Part shown: one piece after another, positions 36,177 to 45,839 of the stretch
How positions within the stretch are numbered: the stretch's first letter is position 1
Layout: the number at the start of each line of letters is the position of its first letter
Virus record (IMG/VR): IMGVR_UViG_3300027286_000002
Strand: one strand, 5' to 3'
Source: a virus
Taxonomy: Duplodnaviria > Caudoviricetes
DNA length: 64,000 nt
The notes under the pieces: generated by a model
What the model saw: the letters and a program-made list of their open reading frames with translations, nothing else
Told to the model about the DNA's origin: nothing
Databases searched by the model: none
Made by a program: the position numbers and the translations under genes

Positions 36177-37910
36177 TTAAAAACGACCACCTTCACCTTC
36201 AGGCTTTGGCTTACTATATTTCAATCCTATGTTTTTTGCTATCAATTCTATCGCATCACTATTCTCTGCTAACATTCTACCTGCCTCACCATATATACCT
36301 CTCAACACTTCATTAAATGTACTGTCATTAAATGTTAAAGCATCTCTCTTTAGCTTTGCCTTTGTGGTTTCACTGTCAATATTCAATAACTCTAAAATCA
36401 CATCTATATCTAATGATCCCTTTTGATACAGATTAAACAAAGCATCAAAGGTGTCTTGATTATCTCTTAATCCTAATCTTGTAAATGATAAAGACGGATG
36501 AACCACCACTTCTTCACCATCATCATCTACTTCTATAAATCCCATTCTTTCACACATAGGTTTAAGCATATTTTCTTCTACCATTTCCTGTAGAATTTCT
36601 CTCATTAACATATATCTAGTGTTAATGACTTCCAAATGAATACGATCACCACTATATGCACCTTCACCACTTAATAAACTTTCTGTTACACCTAAACCTG
36701 CATATAGCTGTCTATCTGTCATATCGTATTCAGATGACAGGTCTAACAAGCGACTATCTGCACCCATTTCTTCCCAATTCACTTGGAAATTTGAAATAAT
36801 AGAATAATCAGGATCTTGTAATGCTAAATCTACTTGATCTCTTAATGCCTCTACATCCATTGCATCCATATCCTCTGCATATACTAAACGAATAGGTGTT
36901 AAGTGTCTTGATGCAATACTTGTCTGTGCTTGTCTTAATTTATCTCTAAACACTAAAATTCTTAAACATCTTTCTAATACACTATGTCCACGAGGTTCAT
37001 ATTGTGATTTCTTTCTTGCCATATAAAACACAAAGCTACCTAGATTTGGATCTGTATTTAATGGTATATTCCTACCTTCTTTAATTGCATCTACTACATC
37101 AGGTGGCATTGATCTAGCTATTCTTAATGCTTCAGGATCATCCATACCTGCTCTCTCTACTACATCTTTTGTCTTGCTATCAGGTATTAATTGAATCATC
37201 TTTTGATCTGTAAATGGAAAACTCTCCATATGTACTTGTTCAGGTGGCAAAATACGAATAGCTGTCCATCCCTTATAATTCTTTTTCATCCACTCATATG
37301 CCCTCTCATTACTATCTTCATATTCTTCCCAAAGTTCTTCAATCTGATCTGCTGTACCTTCCCTTAAAGAAATCTTTTTTTTATGTGTAACTTCTTTAGG
37401 CATATCTGGATTGTTATCTTCACAGAATACAAACACTTCACCAAGTAAATTATATTCATGCACAATTTCAATAAGTCTGTGTAGTAAACCTACTTTCTTT
37501 GCCCATTTCTCACAAAAGGATAATGCTTTTCTAGCTAACTCACTGTCTTTAGCTTTTGGCATACCTAATCTAATTTTAGATAAAGGTAATTCGGTATGTA
37601 AATCAATCGCTTGACCAACAAATGGATCTGTACGATAAAAGAATCTAAAGTAGTTTCTCTGTTCATCTTGAGATTGTGGTAATTCCAAAAAGTCTGTTGA
37701 AAGTTCAGGTGAGTAAAAATTACCACCACCACCTAATTGAGTACCACCTGTTGTCATCGCAACCTTTACTCTTGATTTCATCTCATTAGGTGTTAGCTTT
37801 TTTGCAGGCTGTGTCTTTACCTTTTCTCTTGGTCTTACTTTACTGACTACTTTTACATCATCATCTTCAATCGTTGGTGTCTGTTGGTTTGATTGCTTTG
37901 CCATTTTCAT
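36177..37910 (-). CDS. Portal protein
   Basis: 577 aa, FYRTDPFVGQAIDLHTELPL N-terminal helix pattern; canonical position after terminase. Confidence 0.8.
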   Translation of the reverse strand: MKMAKQSNQQTPTIEDDDVKVVSKVRPREKVKTQPAKKLTPNEMKSRVKVAMTTGGTQLGGGGNFYSPELSTDFLELPQSQDEQRNYFRFFYRTDPFVGQAIDLHTELPLSKIRLGMPKAKDSELARKALSFCEKWAKKVGLLHRLIEIVHEYNLLGEVFVFCEDNNPDMPKEVTHKKKISLREGTADQIEELWEEYEDSNERAYEWMKKNYKGWTAIRILPPEQVHMESFPFTDQKMIQLIPDSKTKDVVERAGMDDPEALRIARSMPPDVVDAIKEGRNIPLNTDPNLGSFVFYMARKKSQYEPRGHSVLERCLRILVFRDKLRQAQTSIASRHLTPIRLVYAEDMDAMDVEALRDQVDLALQDPDYSIISNFQVNWEEMGADSRLLDLSSEYDMTDRQLYAGLGVTESLLSGEGAYSGDRIHLEVINTRYMLMREILQEMVEENMLKPMCERMGFIEVDDDGEEVVVHPSLSFTRLGLRDNQDTFDALFNLYQKGSLDIDVILELLNIDSETTKAKLKRDALTFNDSTFNEVLRGIYGEAGRMLAENSDAIELIAKNIGLKYSKPKPEGEGGRF

Positions 37911-38127
37911 CCTTCCTTTGCTTTATTAAATATTTAATCACTGTTTTTAATAACTTAACATGGTCAGGATGTCCTTCATAAAACTGCTTCCATGTTCCAC
38001 CTTTTTCATTATACAATAAAGCAATCTCTTCTATTAAATCTAAATCCTCTTTTTCATCACCATAGGATATTTCTAATATTCTTGAAATCACTCTTTGGTA
38101 TGCCATTCCTAAATGCTTTGGTTTCAT
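37867..38127 (-). CDS. Hypothetical small protein
   Basis: 86-aa ORF with SD aaaggt, overlapping portal start. Confidence 0.6.
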   Translation of the reverse strand: MKPKHLGMAYQRVISRILEISYGDEKEDLDLIEEIALLYNEKGGTWKQFYEGHPDHVKLLKTVIKYLIKQRKDENGKAIKPTDTND

Positions 38128-38180
38128 AATTCATTTAACCTTTCTTGTTTATTACACATCATAATTAAAAGGATTATCAA

Positions 38181-38456
38181 ATGTTTAATGAAAACCACCA
38201 ATACTATTCCCTTTGTATGTTCTTTCTCGAAGATTATCTTGAACTAGGTAAACCATATATTTTCTGTTCAGATAAAGATACTCTTACTGCTGAATGGTTT
38301 GAACTTCAAATCAAACTACAAATCAATTTACTTAATTTAGATAGTGAATTGTATATCAAAAATCTACTTGACCATCGTACTAATTTATATAACTATGGTA
38401 GGAGATACCTTTTAAAAAAACATATACAAAGCACAGGACTTAAACCACATGGCTAA
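38181..38456 (+). CDS. Hypothetical protein (first gene of antisense two-gene insert)
   Basis: 91 aa, SD AAGGA, 8-nt overlap with Panacea-like gene. Confidence 0.6.
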   Translation: MFNENHQYYSLCMFFLEDYLELGKPYIFCSDKDTLTAEWFELQIKLQINLLNLDSELYIKNLLDHRTNLYNYGRRYLLKKHIQSTGLKPHG

Positions 38457-38850
38457 CCTTATTGATGTTGCGAAATACATTCTTGATACCTATAAAAGTA
38501 CAACAGGCATAAAACTACATAAACTACTTTATTACTGCCAGCTAAACCACTATATGAAACATAATGGATTGCTTATGGATGATGCAGATTTTGTTCTTAA
38601 AGATAATGGCATCATTTGTAATACTCTTTACACTCATATCACTCAACTTGTATCAGGCAATGCGAACAGACTTACAAATGATGAAGTCTTGTCTATTAAT
38701 AATACTTTAAATAGATATGGCAAATACACAATCCACGAATTGACTGCTCTTAATAAAAAAGAAATCCCTGTTGGTACTCTTATTTCTTTTCCTGCTATTC
38801 TTGATCTATATCTCTCATCATCTACTGCGACCAATCATACCACGAATTGA
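38449..38850 (+). CDS. Divergent Panacea (DUF4065/SocA/GepA-like) domain protein
   Basis: DVAKYIL...IKLHKLLYYCQ...NG.I...LY...RYGKYTIHEL. Confidence 0.7.
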   Translation: MANLIDVAKYILDTYKSTTGIKLHKLLYYCQLNHYMKHNGLLMDDADFVLKDNGIICNTLYTHITQLVSGNANRLTNDEVLSINNTLNRYGKYTIHELTALNKKEIPVGTLISFPAILDLYLSSSTATNHTTN

Positions 38851-40659
38851 ATGTTTAGGTAATTTTGGTGCTATACGATTTACTGCACTTCCTTCAGGCA
38901 CTGCTCTGCCAAATACTAATCCTCTACCTAATGGTGATGATCTTGTTGAGCCACCACTAGACATAGATAAAAATTTACCTTTACCTACATTTTGACTTGC
39001 TACCCAAAACATTCTCACTATCGCATCACTCATATCGTCATGCTTGCCTTCTGTTTGTGGTGCTTCTACTGTTATTAAATTCTTACTATGTACTGTCTGT
39101 TGCAATTCTAACATTTCTTGAATATATGGTTCATGTCCATCTACATCACAATTCTTTTTATTATATAACACCAATCTCTTATCCCACATCATATCTTTAA
39201 AGTTTTGAAACATTTGACTTGTTAATTGCTTTGTCATTTGTTGTGTCTTTAATTGTGTTATCCCTCGCTTATTTAATGCTTGCTCAAATGGAATACCTGC
39301 CCATTGGTCAAATATCCCTTCTGTAATATAAAATTTCTTTGTGTAGTCTAAAACCCAATCTGCTACATCATCAAATTCTAATCTTTCTTTATCTGCATAT
39401 TTACCTACACCTGCTTTAATCATATCTACTTTATCTAAAACTAACTTATCACCATCTAAATGTCCTATTGCTACTGCACTACCATCACCTACCAAAGCAA
39501 CATCTATTCCCATGAAATATGGTTTTCTTGCTACACCTCTTTCTACAGGTCTATGCTTTTCATCTACACAAGCTAATAAGTCTTTACTATCTTCTATCCA
39601 ACCACGAGTTCTATCTGTAAATTCACCACCATATTCTGTAAAGAATACAGCTGGATTTTTTAAATAATGCTTTTCAAATTCTGTTGCAGGTACTGTTGGA
39701 TTTACTTCCCATGTTGGTGCTTGCACACATAACATATTTTCTGATGCTTTGCCACCTTGCATACCAATTTGAAATAACTTATAAAACAAACCTTGTTTAC
39801 CTAATGGTGATGAAATAGATATTACACGACCTTCTACGGGCCCAATAGGTATTCTACGATCTGTTGGATCTTTTGGTGAATAAGCTGATGTAGATGGTAC
39901 AACTGCATTATATACTTCTTCTGCACCACTTTGACCTGTTTCGGTAAAGTGAGCGATCTCATCCATAATAACACAAATATTACCAGCACCACGAAGACCT
40001 TTAGCAACACAACTTCTAAATGTTACTTTTAAGGTAGCTTTGGCACTTGGATCTTCTATATACCTACCATATCTTTCTACATCTTTAGGTGTTTGAAATC
40101 TAGCATAGGATTGTGTATTGTTTGCAGTGTAGGGTCCAAAGAAGGCACAATTGCGAAAGTGTCCAGAAACCTCGTTATATAGCAAACCTGCCTGATCTTT
40201 ATCAGTAGCTACTGAAATGATCTGAATGTTATTACTTGCAGGCAATCCATAATACTCTTGTGGATCTTGTTTTCTAATAAGTTTATATGTTTCATAGGCG
40301 GCGATACAAGCAGAGATAGTTGTCTTACCCGATCTACGACCAATGGACAAAACCATTTCTCTTCTTTCTTTGCCCGGTATAACTTGACCAATATTACATC
40401 TACCTTCATCAAAGAGTAATTGTAGATATTCTTTTTCTGTAACATCTCTAAAATGTTGCCTTCGCCAATCAGAGATTTTAAATCTTTTCACATCATCTAG
40501 TTCAAGACCATAGTGTGCTTTAAGAATAACCTTTTGCACAGGGAATAAAGTCATACCTAGTCCCCAAGGTGCTTCAACAAAGTCAATAATATTTGCATCT
40601 TCTTTGGATTGAACACCTGCTTTGGCACTAGCTGAAATTGCAATCGTGGATAAAGCCAT
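38818..40659 (-). CDS. terL: Terminase large subunit
   Basis: Walker A GRRSGKT, Walker B VIMDE, RNase H-like GIDVA and HDDMSDA; SD AAGGAGG. Confidence 0.93.
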   Translation of the reverse strand: MALSTIAISASAKAGVQSKEDANIIDFVEAPWGLGMTLFPVQKVILKAHYGLELDDVKRFKISDWRRQHFRDVTEKEYLQLLFDEGRCNIGQVIPGKERREMVLSIGRRSGKTTISACIAAYETYKLIRKQDPQEYYGLPASNNIQIISVATDKDQAGLLYNEVSGHFRNCAFFGPYTANNTQSYARFQTPKDVERYGRYIEDPSAKATLKVTFRSCVAKGLRGAGNICVIMDEIAHFTETGQSGAEEVYNAVVPSTSAYSPKDPTDRRIPIGPVEGRVISISSPLGKQGLFYKLFQIGMQGGKASENMLCVQAPTWEVNPTVPATEFEKHYLKNPAVFFTEYGGEFTDRTRGWIEDSKDLLACVDEKHRPVERGVARKPYFMGIDVALVGDGSAVAIGHLDGDKLVLDKVDMIKAGVGKYADKERLEFDDVADWVLDYTKKFYITEGIFDQWAGIPFEQALNKRGITQLKTQQMTKQLTSQMFQNFKDMMWDKRLVLYNKKNCDVDGHEPYIQEMLELQQTVHSKNLITVEAPQTEGKHDDMSDAIVRMFWVASQNVGKGKFLSMSSGGSTRSSPLGRGLVFGRAVPEGSAVNRIAPKLPKHSIRGMIGRSR

Positions 40660-40681
40660 AAATGAAACCTCCTTTATTTTA

Positions 40682-40708
40682 TTTATCTATAATACCTATA
40701 TAGATAAA
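40682..40708. promoter_or_regulatory. 10-bp inverted repeat TTTATCTATA-N7-TATAGATAAA between divergent terL and peptidase array
   Basis: Perfect inverted repeat; TTTAT(A/C)TA also precedes several array and structural genes. Confidence 0.45.
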
Positions 40709-40735
40709 ACATTTAGAACAGGATTACATATAAAA

Positions 40736-41983
40736 ATGGCAATGACACAAAAACAATATGATGAAACCATCAAAGACCATTTTCTAAAAAAAATAGCTTT
40801 TGTTAAAGGCTATGTTACTAAAGATTGGACAGGTAATGGTGCATCTTATCCTTATGTTATTAAAAATAAATATGGATATTGGTATCAAAGACCTGTTCAG
40901 ATACCAGCGAATGATTATGGATTCCCATCCGAAATTACGATTGGTGGTTTGATACTACAATTAATAGAAGATCACCAATCGGATTTGAAACTTTTAAATC
41001 CTCTTCCTAAGTATAAGTCTATGGAATATACAACTATTGGTTTTATTAATTTTATTATCAATAAAGATAGGAATAAATTAAGATTAATTCCTAAAAACAA
41101 AGACAGCAATGCCTATGAAATATATCTTAGAAATATAAGTCCAAGGGCACACTCTGATTATGAAGATATTGTAAAAGATTTGGAAAATATAAAAACCTTA
41201 GTTTCTCAAATTAAACTTATTCTTACTTCTATAGATAGCAGTGAAGTAAGTGAAGATAGTGAAAGTGCTATTATTAAATTAGCAAATGTTTCTCTACATA
41301 TCATGTCAAATATGACTTTAAGCCAAACGATCGAATTTAAAAAAGCCTTATCTACAGCTATTGAAAAACTAAAAAACACACCTTTTAAAAAAGTTTTTTC
41401 TAATTCAGTAATCCTTGTTGGCACAGAAGACCAATCTGACTCTCCTCGTGGAAATGCTATTGCTCGTTATCGGGAATTAGCAGATCAAATTTTTTATTTT
41501 TTAAAATCGGATGGCAGTACTTATTCTAATAAAGAAATTTACATTACTTTGATTCATGAATACGGACATAGATTTCATGCTCATTTTATGAAGAATGGTT
41601 ATAATAATCCTAAAATCAAGAAATTATATTTAGAATCACAAGAAGGAACTAAAACTTGTTATCTTAAAAACCTACCAAAAATAGGTGATCCTCTTTCCGA
41701 TTTAAGAGAAGATTGGTATTCTGTTAGAATGGCATCCAATGAATATTATTTAAAAAAGATAGTTGGTGATAACTACATCTATGAGAATGAGCGAGGTAGG
41801 ATTATAGTAGTTCCAAAGAAAGACATTCTTAAAAGAATCACCTGTCCTTCTCAATATGGGGCAAAAAATGAAAGGGAGTTTTTTGCTGAGATGTTTACTC
41901 TTATTGTTTTAGGTTTAGTAAAACCTAATCAAAAAGTACTAGCAGATAAGTTTATGAAAATCATAGAACAAGATTCTATTTAA
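40736..41983 (+). CDS. Lethal-factor-like zincin paralog 1
   Basis: HEYGH; LPKIGDPLSDLREDW; SQYGAKNEREFFAEM; start re-placed at 40736 to avoid overlap with terL. Confidence 0.8.
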   Translation: MAMTQKQYDETIKDHFLKKIAFVKGYVTKDWTGNGASYPYVIKNKYGYWYQRPVQIPANDYGFPSEITIGGLILQLIEDHQSDLKLLNPLPKYKSMEYTTIGFINFIINKDRNKLRLIPKNKDSNAYEIYLRNISPRAHSDYEDIVKDLENIKTLVSQIKLILTSIDSSEVSEDSESAIIKLANVSLHIMSNMTLSQTIEFKKALSTAIEKLKNTPFKKVFSNSVILVGTEDQSDSPRGNAIARYRELADQIFYFLKSDGSTYSNKEIYITLIHEYGHRFHAHFMKNGYNNPKIKKLYLESQEGTKTCYLKNLPKIGDPLSDLREDWYSVRMASNEYYLKKIVGDNYIYENERGRIIVVPKKDILKRITCPSQYGAKNEREFFAEMFTLIVLGLVKPNQKVLADKFMKIIEQDSI

Positions 41984-41994
41984 ATATTCCTTTT

Positions 41995-42063
41995 ATTGCG
42001 AATAAGTTTATGGAAGGTCTTGCTGAGTATGCTGGTGAAAAAATAGGCAGTCAATTTCTTTAA
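41995..42063 (+). pseudogene. Orphan C-terminal fragment of a lost paralog (IANKFMEGLAEYAGEKIGSQFL*)
   Basis: Matches paralog tail IADKFM; near-identical copy at 45751-45819. Confidence 0.7.
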
Positions 42064-42170
42064 AGATTATCACTATCGTTCAAAGTGAATTGTCTTAAAA
42101 CAGGTGTATTTAATATCTTATTTATAAACTTTGTTTAAATTAAACCACATTTAAACAAAGGTATTAAAAA

Positions 42171-43733
42171 ATGAAATTTTTAAAAAAAGCATATTCCGAT
42201 GCAGAAGCACAGGTTATTGTTCAAGAATCAGAAACCTTACTAAATGACTTAACTAATACCTTATCCCTAGTGAAAACATTAGGATCAAGTGCATTATTTA
42301 ATCCGATGAGTCCACTACGAGTAAAAATGAAATTATTACTAAAGCAGGTAGTTTCTCATCTTCCTCTTCAAATGTTAACTATACTTATGGAAAAAAAAGA
42401 AATTCCTAGTAGTAAAGAAAGAGTGGCTTTAGGAAAAATTAAGACTCTTTTATCAAAGAAATCCTACAGCACAGATGATTTTAGTATGTTCCAATCTGTT
42501 TTTACAGAGATGATTACATGGTGGAAAACTTGGAAAGATATCGATATGTCTGCTGAAGAAGGTGAAGATTTTTTTAAAGTTAAAGATATTAGAGTTCGTG
42601 TAACATCTAAAATCACACCTGCTCTTATGGTGGAATGTAAAGAAATTATTGAAAAAGCAGTGGAATTTATAAATAAAAGCAATTTACCTAGATTTAAAGA
42701 AATGCTTAAGAACCTACAAATTTTTATCGTAGGTGGCAAAAAATCAAGCACCATTGCTTATTATAATCGTATTGATGATTTTGTTTATTTACAACATCAA
42801 TATATCAAATCTGAAGGAATTGAAGATAGTGTTCATAGTGTCATTCATGAACTTGGACACCGATATCTAAATAAAATTGCAACAGACAGTCAAAAAACAG
42901 AATGGAAATCATTTTATAAAGATATCCAATCAAAACAATGGAGTTCTGATTCTGCAAAGTTTTATCCTCAAGTTGGCGACAGTCTTTCAAAAGATTTCAA
43001 AGTTAATACAAAACATAAATATCCTTTAGATGTTGTTAAAGAAGTAAGATTTGAACCCATGTTTGGTGAAACTGTCCTTGTTCTTGAAAGTGGTGGCATG
43101 GTTTCAAGAGCAGGATTTAGAAAAACACTTGGTTTCCCAACTACATACTCAAGCGATTCACAAGATGAATTTTTCTGTGAAACTTTAGCTTTAATCCACA
43201 TGAAAAAATTAAAACCTCTTTATGCAGATGTTAAAGCGAAATTCTTAGAGATTTGGCAAGGTGGTACTTCTGATGATGATATTGTTGTTTATACACCACC
43301 TACAAAAACACCTGAAGTAAAGACAACACCTAAAGTTGTTGTTGTTCCACCTACACCTGTCACTTACACTGAACCTACACCACCTAAAACTAGAAAACCT
43401 AGAACACCTAAAGCACCTGTACCTACACCTACACCTGTACCTACACCTGTACCTACACCTAAAGTACCTGTTGCTCCTGTGTTCACACCATCTGCACCTG
43501 TTGTTCAACAACCATCACCAACAGGATCAAAATTTAATCCATATGCAGATATACCTACCTATTTAAGTAGATTTGAGAAAACATTAGCTAAAATCAAAAT
43601 GACTAAAGATAGTTCTACTGAATGGGAAACTAAGTTTATGGCAAATATGATCAAGATGCTTAAACAAAATATACCATACACACCTAAACAACTTTTATGG
43701 ATTGAAAAGACACTTCAAAAGTACTCTATCTAA
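42171..43733 (+). CDS. Lethal-factor-like zincin paralog 2 with Pro/Thr linker and C-terminal helical domain
   Basis: HELGH; TTYSSDSQDEFFCET; PTPV repeats. Confidence 0.8.
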   Translation: MKFLKKAYSDAEAQVIVQESETLLNDLTNTLSLVKTLGSSALFNPMSPLRVKMKLLLKQVVSHLPLQMLTILMEKKEIPSSKERVALGKIKTLLSKKSYSTDDFSMFQSVFTEMITWWKTWKDIDMSAEEGEDFFKVKDIRVRVTSKITPALMVECKEIIEKAVEFINKSNLPRFKEMLKNLQIFIVGGKKSSTIAYYNRIDDFVYLQHQYIKSEGIEDSVHSVIHELGHRYLNKIATDSQKTEWKSFYKDIQSKQWSSDSAKFYPQVGDSLSKDFKVNTKHKYPLDVVKEVRFEPMFGETVLVLESGGMVSRAGFRKTLGFPTTYSSDSQDEFFCETLALIHMKKLKPLYADVKAKFLEIWQGGTSDDDIVVYTPPTKTPEVKTTPKVVVVPPTPVTYTEPTPPKTRKPRTPKAPVPTPTPVPTPVPTPKVPVAPVFTPSAPVVQQPSPTGSKFNPYADIPTYLSRFEKTLAKIKMTKDSSTEWETKFMANMIKMLKQNIPYTPKQLLWIEKTLQKYSI

Positions 43734-43786
43734 TATCTTATTTATATACATCTCTTAAATTAAACATTTGAAAAGAGAGATGTACC

Positions 43787-44911
43787 ATGAGTTCAATGAG
43801 TGATATTGAATTAGAACTAACAAAAAAACAAATTTTAGATGCTTTCAAACCTGTCAAAAAACGAACTAAAGATTTTATGTTTGATCCTGAAAGTTATAGG
43901 TTAGCAAAATCTATCATTTCTTATTTAGAAAAAAACATACCAAAGTTAAAACTCAATAAACCTATATCTAGCTATATTACTTTTAAAAAAGAAATTGAAG
44001 ATATTGATACTATAGGTTTAAATCCAAACGATAATATTAAGAGTAAGATCATAAATTTTACAGACACATTCGCTAAAGAAATCAAAAAGATTAAAATCAC
44101 AGATACTCAAATTACAGAAAATCAAACCTCTTGGGAAGATGCCTCTAAACAAGAAATTGAGATTGTCATTCAACAAGTACCTTCTTTAAATCTCAAATTC
44201 CTTTCGCAAGTCACTATGGATAATCTCATCAATTTTAAAACAAACATTCTTAAAGCTGTGGATAGAATCAAAACATCACCTATCTCTAAACTACATAAAG
44301 CTGTCACAGGTGATTTAATTATTGCTACAGATAAAGACATTCAAAAAGAATATGGTATTAAAAAAACAAAAACAGCTATTGCTTTTTATTCTCAAAACCA
44401 TCAGATCGTTGTTTATTATATTGATGAAACTCAAAATGTAGATAAAAGAGAGATTTACATTTCTCTTATTCATGAATTTGGTCATAAATTTCACGATAAA
44501 TTCATGAAAGCAGGATTTGGAAGCACAGCAGTCAAAGTATTATATCTTGAAGCAATGAAATCTACAGAACAATGTTACTTAGACCAATTACCTAAAATAG
44601 GTGATCCTCTTTCTAATTTAAGAGAAGATTGGTGGACAGTTAGGATGTCATCTGAAGATTATGTTTTAACTGAAATCCAAAAAAGTAACTTAGGTATTAA
44701 GTATGTCTACACTAACACGGAAGGTAAAACTATGCAAATAGATAAGAAAGACATTCTTAAACTAATAACTTGTCCTTCCCAATATGGAGCAAAAAACGAA
44801 TTAGAATTTTTTGCTGAAATGGTAACACTTATCACTTTAGGATTAGTGAAACCATCTCAACAGGTTATTGCTGATAAGTTTATGGATATTATTAATAAGT
44901 ATTCAATCTAG
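43787..44911 (+). CDS. Lethal-factor-like zincin paralog 3
   Basis: HEFGH; SQYGAKNELEFFAEM. Confidence 0.82.
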   Translation: MSSMSDIELELTKKQILDAFKPVKKRTKDFMFDPESYRLAKSIISYLEKNIPKLKLNKPISSYITFKKEIEDIDTIGLNPNDNIKSKIINFTDTFAKEIKKIKITDTQITENQTSWEDASKQEIEIVIQQVPSLNLKFLSQVTMDNLINFKTNILKAVDRIKTSPISKLHKAVTGDLIIATDKDIQKEYGIKKTKTAIAFYSQNHQIVVYYIDETQNVDKREIYISLIHEFGHKFHDKFMKAGFGSTAVKVLYLEAMKSTEQCYLDQLPKIGDPLSNLREDWWTVRMSSEDYVLTEIQKSNLGIKYVYTNTEGKTMQIDKKDILKLITCPSQYGAKNELEFFAEMVTLITLGLVKPSQQVIADKFMDIINKYSI

Positions 44912-44929
44912 GCAAAAGAGAGATATATT

Positions 44930-45703
44930 ATGAACACCATGAGTGATATTGAATATGGATCAGATAGACTTAAAGCTGTTGTTATTGAAGTAGATGGTAT
45001 TAAGATAAGCATTCAATCTCTTATCACAGAAAAAGACATAGAATTTTTTAAAGCACAATTATCTTTAGCAGGCAAGTATATAAGCCAATCCCCTATCCAC
45101 TCTTTTAAAAAAGTTCTTTCTTCTGTATTCATTGATTTAGGTTCTCATGCTGACTTATATCAAAAATATAATCAAAGTAAAAATACAGTAGCAGTATATA
45201 AAGGTAAAACTAAATCGATTGGTTTTTTCTTTGATTCAATAAAATCTCATCCAGCATACATTACTTTAATCCATGAACTTGCACATCAGTTTCACCATAC
45301 TTTGATTAAAAATAGCTTTGGGAATAAAGTTATTTTAGCTTTATTTAAAAGAGCAACCAATTCAAAGAGGCAATGTGAATTATTCACTTTACCTAAAATA
45401 GGCGATCCCCTCTCTAACTTAAGGGAAAGTTGGTGGGCTGTTAAGAAAGGTTCAAGAGATGAATATTTATTAACTAAAATCATTCGTGGTGTTTATTATT
45501 ATGAGAATGGAAAAGGTGATGATACGATTTTTACTAAAGAAGAAATCATAGAGATGCTTGCCTGTCCATCTGAATATGGTGCTTCAAATGCAGAAGAATT
45601 TTTTGCTGAGATGGTAACACTTATTACTTTAGGATTAGTGAAACCTAGTCAACAATTAATAGCTGATAAGTTTATGAAAATCATAGAACAAGATTCTATT
45701 TAA
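44930..45703 (+). CDS. Lethal-factor-like zincin paralog 4 (lacks N-terminal variable domain)
   Basis: HELAH; SEYGASNAEEFFAEM; MSDIE leader joined directly to core. Confidence 0.8.
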   Translation: MNTMSDIEYGSDRLKAVVIEVDGIKISIQSLITEKDIEFFKAQLSLAGKYISQSPIHSFKKVLSSVFIDLGSHADLYQKYNQSKNTVAVYKGKTKSIGFFFDSIKSHPAYITLIHELAHQFHHTLIKNSFGNKVILALFKRATNSKRQCELFTLPKIGDPLSNLRESWWAVKKGSRDEYLLTKIIRGVYYYENGKGDDTIFTKEEIIEMLACPSEYGASNAEEFFAEMVTLITLGLVKPSQQLIADKFMKIIEQDSI

Positions 45704-45732
45704 ATAATCCTTTTATTTAATCTTCTTTGTAA

Positions 45733-45819
45733 ACACCTAATCAACAAGTGATTGCGAATAAGTTTATGGAAGGTCTTGCTGAATATGCTGGTGAAAAAAT
45801 AGGTAGTCAATTTCTTTAA
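45733..45819 (+). pseudogene. Orphan C-terminal fragment of a lost paralog (PNQQVIANKFMEGLAEYAGEKIGSQFL*)
   Basis: Matches paralog tail KPxQQ.IADKFM; duplicate of 41995-42063. Confidence 0.72.
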
Positions 45820-45839
45820 AGAAAGAAAAGAGATATGTT

